Shown one piece after another: positions 19,448 through 29,342 of a DNA stretch of 64,000 nucleotides (position 1 is the first letter of the stretch; every line of letters starts with the position of its first letter). The notes under the pieces are model-generated. The model ran no database searches and was not told the DNA's origin. It saw nothing but the letters and a program-made list of their open reading frames with translations. Source of the stretch: Alphaproteobacteria bacterium (GTDB lineage: Bacteria > Pseudomonadota > Alphaproteobacteria > JAAXGF01); NCBI GenBank assembly GCA_963555825.3, contig CAUVXB020000001.1, positions 96,001 through 160,000 of the forward strand. The letters run 5' to 3'. The position numbers and the translations under genes are program-made.

Positions 19448-20884
19448 ATGAGCGCCACGACGAAAATAGAAAACGCGTCCTGGGTCATCGCCTGGGACGG
19501 CGCGGCCGAAAGCCACGTCTACCTGCGCGACGCCGACGTGGTGTTCACCGGCGCCGACATCGATTTCGTCGGCACGGGCTACGGCGGTACGGCCGACACC
19601 GTGATCGACGGTGCCGGCCTGATGGTCATGCCCGGCCTGGTCGACATCCACGCGCACCCGGGCGACGAGCCCAAGAGCAAGGGCCTGTTCGAGGAGATGG
19701 GCAGCCCGATGCTGCACAACACCTCGCTGATCGAATACATGCCGCTGGTGCGCGGCGACCTCGATGGCGCAAACGCGGCGCTCGAATTCGCGCTTTGCGA
19801 GCTGCTCAAGAGCGGCTGCACGACGCTCTGCGACCTATCGGGCGTGCGTGAGGGCTGGCTCGACACGCTGGCCCGAAGCGGCATCCGCGGCTACGCGGCG
19901 CCGATGTTCCGTTCGGCCCGCTGGTATACGCCGAACGGCCATGAGCTCTGCTACGAGTGGGACGAGGACGCCGGCAAGCGGGCCTTCGCCGCGGCGCTCG
20001 AGGTGGTCGATGAGGCCGAGGCGCATGACTGCGGCCGGCTCAAGGGCATGATCTCGCCGGCCCAGATCGACACCTGCACCGCCGATCTCCTGAAGGACAG
20101 CGCGGCGGCCGCCAAGGAGCGCAGCATGCCGTGGACCGTGCACGCCTCGCAAAGCGTCGTCGAGTTCCGCGAGATGGTGCGGCGCCACGGCCAGACGCCG
20201 GTCGAATGGCTCGACGGATTGGGCCTCCTCGGCCCCGACAAGATCATCGCCCACGCGATCTTCGTCGACCACCATCCGTGGCTCGGCTGGCCGACCATGG
20301 ACGACCTCGACCGGCTCGGCGGCGCCGGCGCCAACATCGCGCACTGTCCGAGCAACTTCGTGCGCCGCGGCATCTTGCTTCAGGACTTCCGCGCCTATCG
20401 CGAGGCCGGCGTCACCATCGGGCTCGGCACCGATACCTTCCCGCACAACATGATCGATGAGATGCGCTGGGCGGTGACGCTGGCCAAGGTCGCGGCGGCC
20501 GACGTCCACGCGATCGGCGCCGGCGACGTACTCGACGCAGCGACGGTCGGTGGCGCACGGGCGCTTGGGCGCGACGACATCGGCCGGCTCAGCGCCGGCG
20601 CCAAGGCCGACATCGTGCTGGTCGATCTGGCGCATCCGTCGATGCTGCCGGTGCGCGACCCGCTGCGCAGCCTGATGTTCTCGGCGCTCGAGCGGCCGGT
20701 GCGCGACGTCTACGTCGACGGCGCGTTGGTCGTCAAGGACGGCGATTGCCTGACGCTGGACCACGCCGCCGCCGGCGCGCGCCTGCAAGCGGCGCAGGCC
20801 CGCGCGCTGGCCGGCGTCGCCGAGCGCGATTGGGCGGGCCGCTCGGCCAACGAGGCCTTCCCGCTGTCGCTGCCGGTGCGCTGA
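19448..20884 (+). CDS. Amidohydrolase (AtzA/MTA-SAH deaminase-like)
   Basis: PGLVDIHAH, HASQS, AHAIF, HCP, LGTD, GAKADIV. Confidence 0.9.
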   Translation: MSATTKIENASWVIAWDGAAESHVYLRDADVVFTGADIDFVGTGYGGTADTVIDGAGLMVMPGLVDIHAHPGDEPKSKGLFEEMGSPMLHNTSLIEYMPLVRGDLDGANAALEFALCELLKSGCTTLCDLSGVREGWLDTLARSGIRGYAAPMFRSARWYTPNGHELCYEWDEDAGKRAFAAALEVVDEAEAHDCGRLKGMISPAQIDTCTADLLKDSAAAAKERSMPWTVHASQSVVEFREMVRRHGQTPVEWLDGLGLLGPDKIIAHAIFVDHHPWLGWPTMDDLDRLGGAGANIAHCPSNFVRRGILLQDFRAYREAGVTIGLGTDTFPHNMIDEMRWAVTLAKVAAADVHAIGAGDVLDAATVGGARALGRDDIGRLSAGAKADIVLVDLAHPSMLPVRDPLRSLMFSALERPVRDVYVDGALVVKDGDCLTLDHAAAGARLQAAQARALAGVAERDWAGRSANEAFPLSLPVR

Positions 20885-21098
20885 GGGTGGCCCGGGTCCA
20901 ATCGACATTCAGTAATCGCGGGCCGTCTGTCGCCGACCCCGATAGAGAGCCGAAATCGGTCTTTAAAGGAGGGCCAGACCCTTTTTTAAACCATTGATTT
21001 TAAGCCATTTTAAAGGGGTCTGTATTTTAAACCGGATTTGATCTGCGGCGGCTCGATGAAGCGCCGCGAGCAGGGCTAATCGACAGGATCCCCCCACA

Positions 21099-21548
21099 CT
21101 ATTGTTTGGACTCGAGGGCAAAATCCAGCCCGCGCGTCTTGCCCCACCACACTTTACCCAAATACAGCCCGGGCTCGACTTCTCTGATCTCGTCTCGAAC
21201 CTTCTTGGCAAAGAACGAGGTCGTGGAGTAATCGATGACGATGGTGTCTTTGCCGTCCATCCAGCTCGCATCCCGATAGACCTTGGCCACGATGAAGGTG
21301 AGGCTGAAATAGGTGATCTTGTTGACGAGCACACCTGCGTCGGCGTCCGGCGCGAAAATGTCGAACACCTTACCTTGCCAAGCCAACAACCTCGTCAATG
21401 CGGCCACGCTCTTCGAGAACAAGGAGCCGGCCAGAATCGCCGTGCCTCGAGTATCGCCGTTGGGTAGCTCGCCGGCGGACGCATTCTTGTAGATATCGTC
21501 GAGCTCCTCTCGGGACATCTGCAGCCATTTCTTGATCCGGTCGTCCAT
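21099..21548 (-). CDS. Conserved-looking hypothetical protein, possibly beta-barrel; third gene of the peroxidase cassette
   Basis: WQGKVF...IDYS...RDEIREVEPGLYLGK; GGAGG RBS. Confidence 0.8.
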   Translation of the reverse strand: MDDRIKKWLQMSREELDDIYKNASAGELPNGDTRGTAILAGSLFSKSVAALTRLLAWQGKVFDIFAPDADAGVLVNKITYFSLTFIVAKVYRDASWMDGKDTIVIDYSTTSFFAKKVRDEIREVEPGLYLGKVWWGKTRGLDFALESKQ

Positions 21549-21589
21549 TGCAAAACCTCCCTATTTCTCGAGTTAGGCTATGTCCTTGA

Positions 21590-22675
21590 TTACAGTTGGG
21601 AGTTCTGTTGCGCGCGAAACTCCGCTATCTCGTCGTACAACTCCTTGCGAACACGATTCATCCCACCAAGCGGTTTGTGAGCGCTGAGTGCGTTCCATGG
21701 ATTGAAGCTCATTGCCTCGCACTCGGCCATCGAGTTTGCGCCTTGAAATTCCTGATCCTCCACGACGATCGTTGCTACCGTGGTAAATGGCGAAATGTCC
21801 TCGTCCCAGATCACCGATGCGTCCTCGATCGGCATGACTTCGGCATCGCTTTGAAACTGCACCATGAACGCGAAGCAAGCCGGTGCCCGTTGCAGATGGT
21901 TGGCCATGGCGCTGCTCAAATGACCCGCATCGGGCTCATCGGGTTGGTCGGTGGTTACGGTCGAGCACGACCTGAGCGAGTACTTCACTGCAGAGGTCGA
22001 ATCGTCGCCGTATCGGTAGGGTGTGGTGCTCCAATACCGAATATCGAAAGGGCTCGCCGGCGTGTCTCGTGCTTTGAACAGGATCCACAGAGACTTGGGG
22101 TGACTGAGAAAATACAGCCACCGCCGGTCGTCCGCGGTTGCCTCGATGAAGCTCAGAAAGTCCTCCGGCGTGGCGGCGAACAAAGCCGGATAGCTGTTGA
22201 ACAGAAAGTCCTGAGCCAGGGTCTCGCCGCCAGTGAGATCCGCATCGGTGATTTCGGGGATCTTCACCGAGAGTCCGCGAAGATCCTTCTCGCGATCGTC
22301 CTCCGTGCTGGCATTAGCAATTCGCAGGATGGCGGGATAGGTGGCAGGTTTCGAAAACAAGCCACGAGCGAGCTTCTCCGGCAGGGCGTCGGCCACCGTG
22401 AATGCCGCGTCGAAGCACCCCAGGCTTTTCGCTTGGTTGAAACGCTTTACGAGACCGTCGTTTTTCAGCCGCTCGAGACTCACCTCCTTGATCAGCCGGA
22501 TCATCTCGCGAGTCACTTCCGCCTCGTCCGGCTGTACGTACTCTTCTCCCAGACCCAGGTCGGGGCTGTCGCCGCAGCTCGCCACAAACAGCGTCAGTGC
22601 CAGCGCAAACGTTGAGCGCTGCAATCGGTGCAATAGTGTTGCGGGTGCAGCGCTGTATCGCTTCCGTGACGTCAT
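21590..22675 (-). CDS. Catalase-related small heme lipoprotein (AOS/HPL-like fold) with Gln at the distal His position
   Basis: Lipobox FVASC; RFNQAKSLGC aligns with catalase RxxHAK; RGLSVK, DFLFN, YWSTTPY, SFNPW, PLGGMNRVRKELY (proximal RxxxY); start codon uncertain. Confidence 0.8.
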   Translation of the reverse strand: MTSRKRYSAAPATLLHRLQRSTFALALTLFVASCGDSPDLGLGEEYVQPDEAEVTREMIRLIKEVSLERLKNDGLVKRFNQAKSLGCFDAAFTVADALPEKLARGLFSKPATYPAILRIANASTEDDREKDLRGLSVKIPEITDADLTGGETLAQDFLFNSYPALFAATPEDFLSFIEATADDRRWLYFLSHPKSLWILFKARDTPASPFDIRYWSTTPYRYGDDSTSAVKYSLRSCSTVTTDQPDEPDAGHLSSAMANHLQRAPACFAFMVQFQSDAEVMPIEDASVIWDEDISPFTTVATIVVEDQEFQGANSMAECEAMSFNPWNALSAHKPLGGMNRVRKELYDEIAEFRAQQNSQL

Positions 22676-22724
22676 TTTGTCTAGGTGGGTCACCGGGCTC
22701 ACTGCTGTATGGCTTGATCCGTCC

Positions 22725-25586
22725 TCATTGCACGTCCGCGAATGCGGGATCGGCCTCCGCGCCCTTGCGGGCGACCCACTGGAGCGAGTAATACTCACTG
22801 CGGTCACGTGCCCAGGGATCGAAGACGTTGATGACGGTCTCGAGCTCGTCCTCCAGCTCCGGGATGACGCGGAGCAGGATCCGTTTCAGGGGTGACACCT
22901 CCTGCTCGTGGCCGTTCGGTTCACCGTTCTCCATGACCGTGCCGTCGGGGCCGTTGTCGTTCACCCAGGCGAGGCCAAACGTGGAGTAGAACTCCGGCCG
23001 GAAGCTCGAGGTGTAAAAGCGGTCGCTGAACAATCGACGCGACGCGTTCAAGATGAATACCTGGAACTGGGTTTCCGAAATCGCATAGCCGTGGGGCCGC
23101 GTCGTTTCGGCGAGCCAACCGACCACCGTGTCCAGGTCCTCGATGTTGTCGACCTCGCTACCGTCCCGGTGCCCCAGGCAGTCGTTGATCGGCTCACCGT
23201 CGTCGTCGACCTGCGCCGCCGTGATGATGACCTTAGCGTTGCACTTGTGGGTGCCGTAGACCTCGCGCAGCAGCTTCACGAGATTCCTTTGATCGGCAAG
23301 CTCATTTTTCTCGGCGTCCGTGAGCGAACCTTCGCGCTTCCGCAGGCGCTCGTCGATGAAGTCGTCGAAGCTGGTCAGCGACTTCAGCCCGTATTGCCGG
23401 CGGAACTCGTTGAAGCGGGGAACGCCGCGTTCACGGTCCCGGAGGATGTCGAGCGCCACCACGTCCAGCTTCTCCGTGCCAATGCCTTTCAGGCGCTTCG
23501 GCATCTTCAGATTCTGCAGAAACTGCGGGTGATTCTGCAGCGCCAGCTGCCCCAGCCGCTGGCGCCCGAGACTGAGCCCCCAGTTGGCCATGCCGCCAGC
23601 GTGCATCGCTTCCGTCGCGTCGCCGCGGAACGTTTTGACGACGGGATCCTTGCGCGTGATGACGTTAGGATCGTTGCCCAAATCCCGGTACTCGATCAGA
23701 TCGGGCAGCAGGGCGTGCAAGCGGTAGACGGTGATGAACTCCTCGGGGAAGTTGAACGGCGAGCCGAAGTGGTTCACGCCGCCGTTCACGTCGTCCGGAA
23801 CCGTCAGGTCCCAGCCTTTCTTGGTGCTGCCCGTGCCGATGATTCCCGGCCCGGAGGCAAACACTGAGTACCATGAAGTCGCCTTGGACCCCTTTTCGGA
23901 CATGCCGAGTTTGTCGACGACTCTGGCGAGCGCCTTCTCGATCAGTGGATGACCCTTGACCAAGCCGTACCAGTTGGAATTCATGGCGGCATAGAGCGGT
24001 TCGTCGTACAGCAGCTGCGGGGTCCATTCGATGGTGTGAATCTTGGCGATTTCCGCCGCCACGACGAGCCGCGCGATCTCGAACAGCTCGTCGGCGCTCA
24101 CTTCCTTATATCTGATGACCTTGTCGGCGTTGTCCGGATCGCGGAGCCCGGAATCGTCGTTTGGCGTCTGCGCCGCCTGGCTCCGGAACGCGTCGACGAA
24201 GGCGTTGTGCTCGCGGACGAACAGGTTGTGAAAGAAGCTCAATCCAATCGTCCAGTTGTCCGGAAACGCGGTGGCTTCCTGGCCGACCCACTCGGGATTG
24301 ATGTAACAATCGGCGGGATCACCTTGACAGCTTTCGAACGTCGGAAGGTAACCGAACCTGTCCCCTCCGTTGGTCCGTCCGTCGACCGGCACCATCAAAA
24401 GCTTGGCGGGGTCCCCCGGATCCCGCCTGACGCGGCGGCGGGACCGTTCGTCATAGCCGTAGATCTGCGACGCGTCCCACCACGCCGTGACATAGTTTCG
24501 CGTGGTCTTGTGCGCCCGGGAAAGATACGTCTTGCCATTGTGCTCGAAGGTCTCCGGTTCGGTTTCATCGGCGAAGAGCGCCGGATCCATTCGATCGCCC
24601 GGGCGGCATCCGAGATCCGCGGTGGGGCACCCAACTTTCATCGGCTCCTTGTCAGTATCATTGCGGCCCTCGCTCAGATGTGAGAACCAGTCATGGTTCA
24701 TGAACTGGATCCAGAAGGCGGCCAGCACGTTGAAGAAGGGCGCTTTCTTGTAATCGCAGTTGGCATCCGTGAAATTGCCCTTCAGCCCCATGCCCTCGTT
24801 GCACTTTTCGAGATTATCCTGCACCCGGGTGAACAGCTTGCGGCTGATCACCTGCGGGTCCGGCTTCAACAGGTCGATGCGGTCTCCGTGTCGATTCTTG
24901 GTCAACTCGTCGTAGCCTAGCCGCGGGAACGTCTCCTCGAACTGGACATTCCTGGCGAAGACCTGGCCGGTGGAGCCCATGGCCGGGTTCTTCATGTCAT
25001 TGCAAATCCCGGTGAGGGTCCGATGGCGGATGAGCGGGCCTTCGCAGGTTTGCGCGCCGTCATCGTCGACGCCCAGGTCGGCGTATTCGGGATGATCCTT
25101 CGGCAGGCGCATCTCCGGCCACGTCTTCACCGTCTGCCCGTCGACACCGTCGCGTCCCGTGACGTAATCCTTGAACGTATAGTTGTCGAATAGATTAAAC
25201 TTGATGAGCTCGATCCGCTCGTACTCGAGATCCATCAGCGCGCCATCGATGCCGAATCCGTCTTTCAGGAAGTGCCGTAAGAAGCCGGTGAAGGCCAACC
25301 ACTCGCCCGATTTCGAGTCGTCGTCGGCCGCGGCCCAGTAGTTTGCCCAATCGACCCACGGGGTGCTCCGGAACGCGACGGCCTTGTCGTCGCCCCGGCA
25401 TCTCGCCGTGTCTTCCTGCACCTTACCCAGGAAGCGATGCTCTCTGGTTTTCGCGATGGGCCGGAATCCCCCCCACACCATGCTGGTACACGCGACATAA
25501 TCATACCCGGCCACGTTCGAGATACCGACGTAAAGCCCCAGAGCCACCACGATCGCCAACACGGCCAACGATGCTTTCCTAACCAT
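22725..25586 (-). CDS. Peroxidase-cyclooxygenase superfamily heme enzyme, alpha-dioxygenase-like, with N-terminal signal/anchor
   Basis: AAFWIQFMNHDW, TAWWDASQIYG, LFVREHN, IAKIHTIEWT, EEFITVYRLH, RDRERGVPRFNEFRR, ISETQF, ASRRLFSDRF. Confidence 0.88.
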   Translation of the reverse strand: MVRKASLAVLAIVVALGLYVGISNVAGYDYVACTSMVWGGFRPIAKTREHRFLGKVQEDTARCRGDDKAVAFRSTPWVDWANYWAAADDDSKSGEWLAFTGFLRHFLKDGFGIDGALMDLEYERIELIKFNLFDNYTFKDYVTGRDGVDGQTVKTWPEMRLPKDHPEYADLGVDDDGAQTCEGPLIRHRTLTGICNDMKNPAMGSTGQVFARNVQFEETFPRLGYDELTKNRHGDRIDLLKPDPQVISRKLFTRVQDNLEKCNEGMGLKGNFTDANCDYKKAPFFNVLAAFWIQFMNHDWFSHLSEGRNDTDKEPMKVGCPTADLGCRPGDRMDPALFADETEPETFEHNGKTYLSRAHKTTRNYVTAWWDASQIYGYDERSRRRVRRDPGDPAKLLMVPVDGRTNGGDRFGYLPTFESCQGDPADCYINPEWVGQEATAFPDNWTIGLSFFHNLFVREHNAFVDAFRSQAAQTPNDDSGLRDPDNADKVIRYKEVSADELFEIARLVVAAEIAKIHTIEWTPQLLYDEPLYAAMNSNWYGLVKGHPLIEKALARVVDKLGMSEKGSKATSWYSVFASGPGIIGTGSTKKGWDLTVPDDVNGGVNHFGSPFNFPEEFITVYRLHALLPDLIEYRDLGNDPNVITRKDPVVKTFRGDATEAMHAGGMANWGLSLGRQRLGQLALQNHPQFLQNLKMPKRLKGIGTEKLDVVALDILRDRERGVPRFNEFRRQYGLKSLTSFDDFIDERLRKREGSLTDAEKNELADQRNLVKLLREVYGTHKCNAKVIITAAQVDDDGEPINDCLGHRDGSEVDNIEDLDTVVGWLAETTRPHGYAISETQFQVFILNASRRLFSDRFYTSSFRPEFYSTFGLAWVNDNGPDGTVMENGEPNGHEQEVSPLKRILLRVIPELEDELETVINVFDPWARDRSEYYSLQWVARKGAEADPAFADVQ

Positions 25587-25965
25587 CGGACGTCCCTTCC
25601 CGATTGTCTTTTGCAGCGGCTCTTTTCACCCTTGTCTGTATGGCCTGGTGACGCGACGGGCGACGGATACGCCGGATCGGCCCATCCAGTTGTGCGCGTG
25701 CGATCCCGAAAACCTACTTTATGCAATTTTAAAGAGAAGACATCAAATTTTTTTCATGTCTTATGACTGACATTTCCCAGATAACCTCCAATTCCGTGGC
25801 AATCATACGAAGATTGCACCACCATTCGAGTTGTTTTTCCTCCGCAACCATCCGATCGCTTGATTTTGGTGGTTTGGCCGTATTCGGAAGCCCATTCGGC
25901 CAAATTGTTCGTCTCCCAGATACGCCTCTTCCGGCAAGGAGTACCTGGAAGGGCAGGTTTTCACG

Positions 25966-26085
25966 ACCGTCGCAACCGACGATGTCGAAGCCGTCCTTCC
26001 CGAAGGCGAAGCGGGCTTCGCCGCCGCAGACATGACAACGCGTCGGGGCGGGATGAACGCTCTCGTCGCCCGACGTTCGCGTCAT
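25966..26085 (-). pseudogene. Truncated N-terminus of a CxxC-containing (methyltransferase-like) gene at the cassette boundary
   Basis: RCHVCGGEARFAFGKDGFDIVGCDG in high-GC DNA, then abrupt shift to lower-GC non-coding DNA. Confidence 0.45.
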
Positions 26086-26129
26086 CCTCGGCGGCGTCGC
26101 CCGGCGGCCGGAGGGTCCGCAGGGACGCC

Positions 26130-27926
26130 CTACTCGGCGCGCACCTTGGCGTAGGTGCCGGGCGCGTCCTCGATCGGCGTCAGCTTGCCCTCGCCCGGCG
26201 TGCGCGCCGCGATCTTCTTGCCCGAGCGTTTGGCGTTCCAGCGCTTCCAGTCGGGCCACCACGAGCCGGGATGTTCGGTCGCGCCGGCCAGCCAGGCGTC
26301 GGGCGTTGTGGCGATCTCGTCGCTCGTCCAATGGCCGTATTTGTTGGCCGCCGGCGGATTGATCACGCCGGCGATATGGCCCGATGCGGCCAGTGTGAAG
26401 CGCACTGGCCCGCCGTAGAGCTGGGTCCCGGCATAGGTCGATTTCCACGGCGCGATATGGTCGTCGCGTGTCGACAGGAGATAGGCCGGTGTCGCGACCT
26501 TGCGCAGATCGATTGGCACGCCGGCGAGCGAGATGCCGCCCGGCTTCGAGAGCAGGTTCTCTTGGTACATCTTGCGCAGATAGAAACTGTGCATCGCGGC
26601 CGGCATGCGCGTCGTGTCGGCGTTCCAGTACAACAGGTCGAAGGGGAAGGTATCCTTGCCCATCAAGTAGTTGTGGACCACGAACGACCAGATCAGGTCG
26701 TTCGAGCGCAGCATGTTGAAAGACGTCGCCATCGCCGAGCCGTCGAGAAAACCATCGCGGTCCATGCGTTCCTCGAGCGAGGCGATCTGTTCCTCGTCGA
26801 TGAACACCTCGAGCTCGCCGACCTCGGCGAAGTCGACCAGGGTGACGAAGAAGGTCGCCGCCTTGATGCGGTCGTCACCGGTCTCGGCCATGTAGGCGAG
26901 CGTCGCGGCGAGCAGCGTGCCGCCCAGGCAATAGCCGATCGCCGTGACGTCGCGCTCGCCGGTCGCCTGCTCGATGGCGTCGAGCGCGGCGAGCGGGCCC
27001 TCGGCCATGTAGTCCTCGAACGTCTTGTGCGCGAGCTTTGCATCGGGGTTGACCCAGGAGACGACGAACACGGTGAAGCCCTGATCGGTCGCCCATTTGA
27101 TGAACGAGTTCTTCGGCTGCAGATCGAGGATATAGAACTTGTTGATCCACGGCGGCATGATCAGGAGGGGCCGTTTGTAGACGGTCTTCGTGGTCGGCTC
27201 GTATTGCAAGAGCTGCATCAGCTCGGTCTGGAAAACGACCTTGCCCGGCGTCGCGGCGACGTTCCTGCCGAGCTCGAAGGCATCGAGGTCGGTCATGCTG
27301 ATGCGCAGCTTGCCCTTGCCGCGCTCGAGATCGCCCAGCAGGTTGTTCAGGCCGCGCACGAGGTTTTCACCCTTGCTCTCGATGGTCGCCTTCAGCACCT
27401 CCGGATTGGTCATGACGAAGTTGCTTGGCGCCATCGCATCGACGAACTGGCGGGTGTAGAAATCGATTTTCTTGGCGGTCTTATCGTCGAGACCCGCGAC
27501 GTCGTTGACGGTCGACTGCATCCAGCGCGCGGTCAACAGATACGACTGCTTGATGAAATCGAAGACTTGATTCTCGCTCCAATCGTCGTGTTTGAAACGG
27601 CGGTCGCCGCGCTCCGGCGCGATGACGGGATCGCTCTCGCGACCCATCATGCGTTCCGCCGTGTGCTGCCACAGCGACATGTAGTCCTGCCACAGCGACA
27701 TCTGCGCTTGCATCATCTTCGCCGGGTCGGCCATCATCTTGGCGGTCAAATCGAGAAACGCCTTGCCGATGTTGAGTGGGTCGGCCATGCCGAATTGACC
27801 GTCCGCGCCCTGCCGCTCGAGGAATTCGCTCAGTATGCGTTGGCTGCGCGCCGCGATCTCGGCCATGTCGCCCGAGGTGTCGGTGGCGCCGTCCGCGGGC
27901 GGCTCGTGCGGCTGCTGATCGGCCAT
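26130..27926 (-). CDS. phaC: Class I poly(R)-hydroxyalkanoate synthase
   Basis: GDRRFK, PPWINKFYILDL, GYCLGG lipase box, DHIAPW, SGHIAGVINPP, APGTY. Confidence 0.96.
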   Translation of the reverse strand: MADQQPHEPPADGATDTSGDMAEIAARSQRILSEFLERQGADGQFGMADPLNIGKAFLDLTAKMMADPAKMMQAQMSLWQDYMSLWQHTAERMMGRESDPVIAPERGDRRFKHDDWSENQVFDFIKQSYLLTARWMQSTVNDVAGLDDKTAKKIDFYTRQFVDAMAPSNFVMTNPEVLKATIESKGENLVRGLNNLLGDLERGKGKLRISMTDLDAFELGRNVAATPGKVVFQTELMQLLQYEPTTKTVYKRPLLIMPPWINKFYILDLQPKNSFIKWATDQGFTVFVVSWVNPDAKLAHKTFEDYMAEGPLAALDAIEQATGERDVTAIGYCLGGTLLAATLAYMAETGDDRIKAATFFVTLVDFAEVGELEVFIDEEQIASLEERMDRDGFLDGSAMATSFNMLRSNDLIWSFVVHNYLMGKDTFPFDLLYWNADTTRMPAAMHSFYLRKMYQENLLSKPGGISLAGVPIDLRKVATPAYLLSTRDDHIAPWKSTYAGTQLYGGPVRFTLAASGHIAGVINPPAANKYGHWTSDEIATTPDAWLAGATEHPGSWWPDWKRWNAKRSGKKIAARTPGEGKLTPIEDAPGTYAKVRAE

Positions 27927-28111
27927 AAATTCCCCTCTTGGGCTAGGCGGTGGTCCGGTACGCCGCCGGGCGGCGCCTCGGTTCTTTATGCGGGGCGGTA
28001 AATCAGGTAATGTTCGCCGACGCAAGGGATAATATGATAATAGAGCCCGAGCTTTCCAAGGCGCGGCACGCATTGGATGGTTTCACGATATACTGGGAGC
28101 GACGAGTCATT

Positions 28112-29341
28112 ATGCAAGGGCCCGGCAACAACACCTTAGACCGCGACGGCGGCACCGCGGTTTGGCGCGCGATTCTGATCGGCGCCGGCGCGCTCGCGCT
28201 CGCGGGCTGCACCTCGGTACCCGATTATGCCAACCCGGTAGAATGGTACCACGGCGTCGTCGATACTTTCGACGATGAGGCCGCGACCGATGTCGCCGCG
28301 CCGCAGCCGGTGCCTGGCGCGGACGAGCCCTATCCCAACCTGTCCGAGGTACCCGTTGCGCCGCCGCGCGAAATGTCGGTCGCCGAGATGGATACCGTCG
28401 CCGAGGGCCTGATCGCCGATCGCGAGAATGCGCGCTATACGGACGAGGAAATCCGCCGACAGGGCGACGAGACGACGACGCTCGCCGCGCCCGAGGTAAC
28501 GGCGCCGGTCGTCATGGCTGAAGCGGTGCCTCCGGCCGCGACCGTCATCATGGAGCCGGCGCCCGGGGAACGCGCTCAGGTGCCCGAGGCGCCGCCGATG
28601 CCGCCGGCCCAAACTTCGGCCGATGCCTGGCCGCAGGCGGCGCTGCAGCCGGCCGCCGGCATCGAGCAGCCGGCCATGCCGAGCCCGACCTACCAAAATA
28701 CCGCAGCGGCAATCCCGGCCTACAGTCCGACGCCTGTCGCAGTCCCGTCGCCCGTTTATACGCCGGCGTCCGCGCCGGTCTATCAGCCGACGGCGCCGGC
28801 CGACGTCAAGCGGTCGTTTAGCAATTACTTCTCGGCGTCGGGGCCGGCGGCCGTTGCGCCGCCGCCCAGCCAGAGCCAAATCGCCATGGCCGGCGCCGGC
28901 TCGGTGCCGCTGGGCACGCCGATTGCCGGCGGCATCACCCCGGCGCAAAGCATCACCGACTACAGTTCGCTGCGCGCCGGCGCCTCGGTCCGCGCCGCCG
29001 TGGTCATCTTCCGCTCCGGTTCGGCCAAGCTATCGGGCGAGGGGCGCAAGGCGTTGCGCGAAGTCGCCAGGCTCTACAAGGAGGGCGGCGGCCGCAGCGT
29101 CCGTGTCATCGGCCATGCCTCGAACCGGACGCGCGAGATGTCGGCCGAGAAGCATGCGCTGGTCAATTTCGACGTTTCGTTGAGGCGCGCACACACCGTT
29201 GCCGATGAGTTGATCCGCTTGGGCGTGCCGGCCCAAATCTTGTATATCGGCGCGGTCTCGGACACCGAGCCTGTGTACTTCGAATGGATGCCATCCGGCG
29301 AGGCGGGCAATCGCCGGGCCGAAGTCTTCATCGAATTCTAG
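28112..29341 (+). CDS. OmpA-family lipoprotein with Pro/Ala-rich linker
   Basis: Lipobox LAGC; C-terminal VIGHAS...SLRRA...NRRAEVF. Confidence 0.85.
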   Translation: MQGPGNNTLDRDGGTAVWRAILIGAGALALAGCTSVPDYANPVEWYHGVVDTFDDEAATDVAAPQPVPGADEPYPNLSEVPVAPPREMSVAEMDTVAEGLIADRENARYTDEEIRRQGDETTTLAAPEVTAPVVMAEAVPPAATVIMEPAPGERAQVPEAPPMPPAQTSADAWPQAALQPAAGIEQPAMPSPTYQNTAAAIPAYSPTPVAVPSPVYTPASAPVYQPTAPADVKRSFSNYFSASGPAAVAPPPSQSQIAMAGAGSVPLGTPIAGGITPAQSITDYSSLRAGASVRAAVVIFRSGSAKLSGEGRKALREVARLYKEGGGRSVRVIGHASNRTREMSAEKHALVNFDVSLRRAHTVADELIRLGVPAQILYIGAVSDTEPVYFEWMPSGEAGNRRAEVFIEF

Positions 29342-29342
29342 G

